DNA from: Macrostomum hystrix
Lineage: Eukaryota; Animalia; Platyhelminthes
Direction: 5' to 3'
Length of the DNA: 64,000 nt
NCBI GenBank assembly: GCA_950097015.1
Contig: CATNEN010000003.1
Coordinates: forward strand, 2,046,001-2,110,000
Shown here: positions 59,701 through 64,000 of the stretch, in pieces
How positions within the stretch are numbered: position 1 is the first letter of the stretch
How the letters are laid out: each line of letters opens with the position of its first letter
Notes under the pieces: generated by a model
Told to the model about the DNA's origin: nothing
Databases searched by the model: none
Seen by the model: the letters and a program-made list of their open reading frames with translations, nothing else
Made by a program: the position numbers and the translations under genes

Positions 59701-62438
59701 AAATCTTGCCAATGAACCCACAGGTGGGACTGCCGGCCAAATCCGGCGTGTCGGGCGTCATCCTGCTGGTGGTGCCGAACCTGATGGGCATCGCGATGTG
59801 GTCGCCGCCGCTTGACAAGCTCGGTAACTCCTGCCGCGGCATCCAGTTCTGCCAGGAGCTGGTCAACAAGTTCGCCTTTCACAACTACGACTCGCTGCTG
59901 CACTCCAGCGCCAAGCTGGACCCGAGGCGCACTACTCAGGAGTCCCGCAGTCAGGAGATTGTCTCGCTGCTGTTCTCCGCGCAGAACAATGACGTCACCG
60001 CTCTCAGACGGTGAGCGAGACGGAATAAGAATACTTCCAAGCCTTAGCAACCGCTTCTTTTTAGTTACTGTTATTGAGCATTTAAATCGCTTAGCAACGG
60101 TTTTCCCTTCCATCATTTACCTTAGCAACGGTTTTCCTTCTATCATTTACCTTAGCAACAGTTTTTTTCAATCATTTGCCTTAACAACGGTTTTCCTTCT
60201 ATAATTTCTATCATTTACCTTAGCAACGGTTTTCATTCTATCATTTACCTTAGCAACGGTTTTCCTTCTATCAATTACCTTAGCAACGGTTTTCATTATG
60301 TCATTTACATTAGCAATGGTTTTCCGTCTGTCCTTTACATTAGCAACGGTTTTCATTTTATGATTTACCATAGCAACGGTTTTCCTTCTCTGATTCCCTT
60401 AGCAACGCTTAAGCTTTTTCAGATTATCTGTGGCTGTGGCTGGATAAGGTTTCCATAACACCCAATAATCGCACGGAATTTACCTTAGCAACGTGGGCTA
60501 ACCATAGAAATATTCGAATATTAGTTTTTACAATCGCTTTGATTTCCCAAGCTTTCACAGCCATACAAAAAAAGTGAAAAAGAATATAAAACATAGCATT
60601 TTTGTTCACTGTTGACTTTAGCTAGGCTAGATCCCACGACAATCATTGTACGCTCGTATAAAGCGCTAGGAACGCTGAAAGGCAGGAGCCAATGGCAAGC
60701 CGGCCATTGTCGAGGCAAGGTCGAGGCACCGGCAAAAAGACTTGCTGTTCAACGCGCAGCTAGTTGGAACCGGTATTAACCGGTTTGTGTTGGGCAGGCG
60801 AACTGTGGCCCCACTAGCTTGCCCGACATTGCTTCTGGCGATAGAAAGAAAAATTCAACAGGCAGCAAACGAAGTTACTAACTGTACTGACTTCCTCTCT
60901 CTGTCTTGCTAGCCCAACCTACTAACCCGTCAGCAACCTCCATTGAAAAACTGTTTTTTTCCCTGGCCAAAAAAGTAACAACTTCCTAAAGTAGACTACT
61001 TGTAGCAGATTAAGAACTATAATTATTATTTCTGAATTTCAAGCAACACCTCTGAATCAAGTTTCTAAAAAACCCAATAATTCACTGATTGATTTTCACA
61101 GATTTTTTAATTTAATTTGCCAATCCTTCAAGGTCTTCTCAGATCTTCCAGATCCTAGGATTGAGCAATAGTTAATTCCCGATCCTCAGATTGAGCATTC
61201 GTTAATCCCAGATTCTCAAATTAAGCAGTCGTTAATCCCAGATCCTCAGATTGAGCATTCGTTAATCCCAGATTCTCAAATTAAGCAGTCGTTAATCCCA
61301 GATCCTCAGATTAAGCAGTCGTTAATCCCAGATCCTCAGATTGAGCATTCGTTAATCCCAGATTCTCAAATTAAGCATTCGTTAATCCCAGATCCTCAGA
61401 TTGAGCAGATGTTAATCTCATATCCTCAAATCAAGCAGTCGTTAATCCCAGATCCTCAGATTGAGCAGTCGTTAATCCCAGATCCTCAGATTGAGCAGTC
61501 GTTAATCCTCAATCCTTAAATGCACAGAGTCTGCATGGCTGGTGTGGACATGAACCTGACTGACTATGACGGCCGCTCCGCCCTGCACATCGCCGCCGCC
61601 GAGGGTCACGCCGACGTTGTCAGCTTCCTGTTGGAGTTCGGCCAGGCCGATTATAACATCAAGGATCGGTCAGTAAATGAGTACTGCTACTGATTAGAAT
61701 CCACATCCTAACTAAATTAATGTACAGTTTATCCAACTAAATGACTGTACATCCAACAGAAGGACTGTATGTACATCCTACTGAAAGTACATCCGAATGA
61801 ATGAATGTACATCCAAGTGAATGAATGTACATCCTAAGTAAATGAATGCACATCCTAACTAAATGAATGTACATCCTAATTAAATGAATGTACATCCTAA
61901 TTAAATGAATGTACATCCGAATGAATTAATGTACATCCAACTGAATGAATGTACATCCGAATGAATGAATGTACATCCTAACTAAATTAATGTACATCCT
62001 AATTAAATGAATGTAGATCCTAACTAAATGAATGTACATCCGAATGAATGAATGTACATCCAACTGAATGAATGTACATCCAACTGAATGAATGTACATT
62101 TTGCCCACCCACCCCACGTAATCTCCTCTCCTTCACCCAGTTGGGGCGTCACGCCCTACCAGGAGGCCCTGCGATTCAACCACGCCGACGTTGTGAAGGT
62201 GTTCAAGCAGCACATGTCCGAGGATGAGGTCGACGAGATGGACCGCAGTCTGCAGGCAGTCGAATTGGCGCCGGGTCTCAAGCAGAGCACTCAGCAGCAG
62301 CCGCAGCAGCCGCAACCGCTGCAAGGCTCGCGAGCTGCCGCCGCGGCCAGGTCCGGAAGGAAGGCGGCAGCGCTCGGTCCAGCTGCAGCCGACCTGGAGA
62401 ACGGACCTCCAGTCGACATGAAGCCAGTCAAAGAGTGA
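47795..62438 (+). CDS. GLS: Glutaminase (GLS/GLS2 family with C-terminal ankyrin repeats), about 628 aa; join(47795..47883,50034..50142,50659..50801,51149..51278,51363..51442,52963..53126,53509..53600,55611..55669,56277..56343,56711..56938,59724..60010,61528..61668,62141..62438)
   Basis: All 12 introns are GT..AG with matching phases, total 1887 nt. Motifs: [22 protein letters not shown], catalytic SxxK in [93 protein letters not shown], ankyrin [16 protein letters not shown] and DRWGVTP. Exon 1 is less certain than the rest. Confidence 0.95.
49475..49491 (+). CDS. Candidate alternative first coding exon of glutaminase (MPRLR-R)
   Basis: ATCATG CCG CGA TTG AGA AG|GTAGGT; phase 2. Confidence 0.4.
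49613..49832. repeat. 39-40-bp minisatellite in GLS intron 1, about 5.5 copies
   Basis: Unit GTTGAAGGACCATGGATAGTAGGGTAGCTAGCGGAGACC. Confidence 0.9.
50180..50600. repeat. 23-bp minisatellite in GLS intron 2
   Basis: Unit GGTGGGTCAGACTAGCTCAGATT. Confidence 0.95.
51468..52915. repeat. 29-bp minisatellite filling GLS intron 5, about 50 copies
   Basis: Unit CATAGTACTACCAATGACCGATTCCCAGT. Confidence 0.95.
53880..54420. repeat. 31-bp minisatellite in GLS intron 7
   Basis: Unit GATAAACTACAAAGACTATTAAAATAGATCG. Confidence 0.93.
55020..55500. repeat. 22-bp degenerate minisatellite in GLS intron 7
   Basis: Unit CCTAGATCCCCAATCCCAATAT. Confidence 0.9.
55790..56190. repeat. 22-bp minisatellite in GLS intron 8
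   Basis: Unit TAATCTCATCATAGTCTCCTTG. Confidence 0.95.
56440..56700. repeat. Degenerate 12-bp repeat (AATCCTATCTAC) in GLS intron 9
   Basis: 12-bp periodicity running up to the acceptor. Confidence 0.85.
56945..58437. repeat. 41-bp minisatellite in GLS intron 10, about 36 copies
   Basis: Unit CTAGCAATCCATTCTGTTCCTTCATCCACTGAGAGGCTAGA, starting about 6 nt after the donor. Confidence 0.97.
58900..59705. repeat. Degenerate 12/24-bp repeat (AATCCCACCTAAAATCCTATCCAG) in GLS intron 10
   Basis: Periodicity runs to about 20 nt before the acceptor. Confidence 0.88.
60090..60410. repeat. 30-bp minisatellite in GLS intron 11 (5' part)
   Basis: Unit CTTAGCAACGGTTTTCCTTCTATCATTTAC. Confidence 0.9.
61150..61520. 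repeat. 30-bp minisatellite in GLS intron 11 (3' part)
   Basis: Unit GTTAATCCCAGATCCTCAGATTGAGCAGTC, ending about 7 nt before the exon. Confidence 0.93.
61700..62100. repeat. 20-21-bp minisatellite in GLS intron 12
   Basis: Unit TGAATGTACATCCTAACTAAA / TGAATGTACATCCAACTGAA. Confidence 0.9.
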
Positions 62439-64000
62439 TGGATTTATTACAGTCGCTGATTTTTTTGTTTGCCTTCAAAGTCAAAGAGACTGCAAGAGAA
62501 AAAAGCGGAACTTATTTTTATGCCAGTCGCCTACATAACGCTTCAAAAAACAATAATGGGTGCTCAAATGAGACTCAAATTCTGTGTTTTTTTAGCGCAC
62601 GAGTTGGCTTATAATTAATTTTGTTTAAAATACTGTGCAAAAAGTTCAAGTGGAGCATGAATGAGATGCTTAGCTTTAGCTTAGTAAGTGAAAACTAAAT
62701 AAATTGTTTTGTTTGAACTTTTACGATTCTTGGAATTTTTCGAGTTAAACAAAATATATTTATTATAGTTTAATTAAGTAGCATCGATTACTAATGAAAA
62801 GAAATATAAGGCTTTGTTGTGGCACATTTAATTTAATGGTAATTATAAAATATTAAGTCACTGGTCCAAAAAGGTTTTTCGTTGGAACAAAATTCTCTTT
62901 AATCACTTTCATGCTCCTGGAATGCTGGCTTCACCTTGTTATTTTTACCTGTCACAGTCGTTTCGATCTACTAATAGTAACAATGAACGGAATTTATCTT
63001 CTTAATTCCAAAAATGCTTTAATTCTTCAAGTCCACCCTTGAGTAAAATATTAGTTTCCTGGCTCTTGTAACCTACCCTAACCTAGAAAAGTTGACCAGC
63101 TTTGATTAATTCTTGCCTTTTTAAAATGTAACTTTGCCTCAATTTTCATAGTCCTAAAATTTGACTTAATGCCTATAATTCATCGACTTATATTTGTTAT
63201 ATTTATTTACCTAGTAGATTTAGTAAAGTTCTATTAGTTAAAAATATTACCAGCAAGTTTTCTTTACGACTAGATAACTTAATATGAACAATTTTCTGTT
63301 GAAATCGTGATTTTCTGGAAGATATCTATTTTTATGTGTTTTGTTGTCATTCTCACAGATTAGTTCGGAAATGGTGGCTTACTGTTAGTGTTGCCCCTGT
63401 TCATAAATTTCTCACACAATCAAGCCTTGATTTAAATCATATTTAATTAGTTATTCCTACAAACTCATGCATCGCATATGCAATTGCAGATACCTTAAAC
63501 CCACATTCACAAACCAGTCTAGACACTGCTTGGTGTGCTTACTATGCATACAGTGATGCTTTGCCAATCTGCCCATGTACTACCAACTAACACTGCTGAA
63601 TTCTGCTAATAATTTTCTCATCTTAGAAACCTGTCATCTCGATAGCCTCATACTTGCTTAGAAACCTTATGCCGTTAGGTATTTAAATCATTTTTTAATT
63701 GGTCAGGATTTGTCTTTTTAACTAAACGATCATTTGTTTAATCGTGCCATGCTTCATTATTCGAATTACATAATTCATTATTCACCTGCATCGACTGTAA
63801 AACAACAGAACACGAGTAATAACATTTTTTCTCCGGCATGAATATCTGGAACCAGCTAACATTTTAGCGTCTTTTCTGTACGCAGTTCAAAAAAAGCACA
63901 GAAAAAATGGGGTTAAATAGTCAGCATGTGTGGGGTGGCTAGATAAGAGAGGCCAAAACGGATCGATAATTAATAAGAATGTACATGTAGAACATGTACA

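Overview
Eukaryotic (metazoan) genomic DNA, not prokaryotic: spliceosomal GT-AG introns, Pol II promoters and roughly 40% tandem repeats. The style (GC-rich exons, AT-rich introns packed with private minisatellites, an intronless USP gene) suggests a flatworm such as Macrostomum, which is an inference only. Three intact protein genes can be rebuilt by hand with consistent splice phases: plastin/fimbrin (+, 5 coding exons, 864-12034, about 691 aa), a universal stress protein (-, intronless, 25023-25484) and an ankyrin-containing glutaminase (+, 13 exons, 47795-62438, about 628 aa). The 14.8-26.8 kb region is a mobile-element graveyard. It holds a Crypton/DUF3504-type tyrosine recombinase remnant split by a solo LTR inside long inverted minisatellite arms, a palindromic non-autonomous element, a decayed DIRS/Ngaro retroelement, and a LINE remnant carrying 200 bp of the neighbouring USP gene. 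tRNA-derived SINEs, a hAT MITE, a second solo LTR and a minimal hammerhead ribozyme are also present. Best candidates for new biology: (i) a series of tiny phase-2 ATG exons, each ending in K/R codons, scattered up to 18 kb upstream of glutaminase exon 2, suggesting multiple promoters and swappable N-termini; (ii) LINE capture of a USP fragment in antisense; (iii) an inverted SINE pair bracketing a stop-free 825-nt plastin exon, a circRNA-type architecture; (iv) one private minisatellite per intron, abutting splice sites and often sharing a GGAT(T/C) core. Most long ORFs in the ORF track are repeat artefacts.
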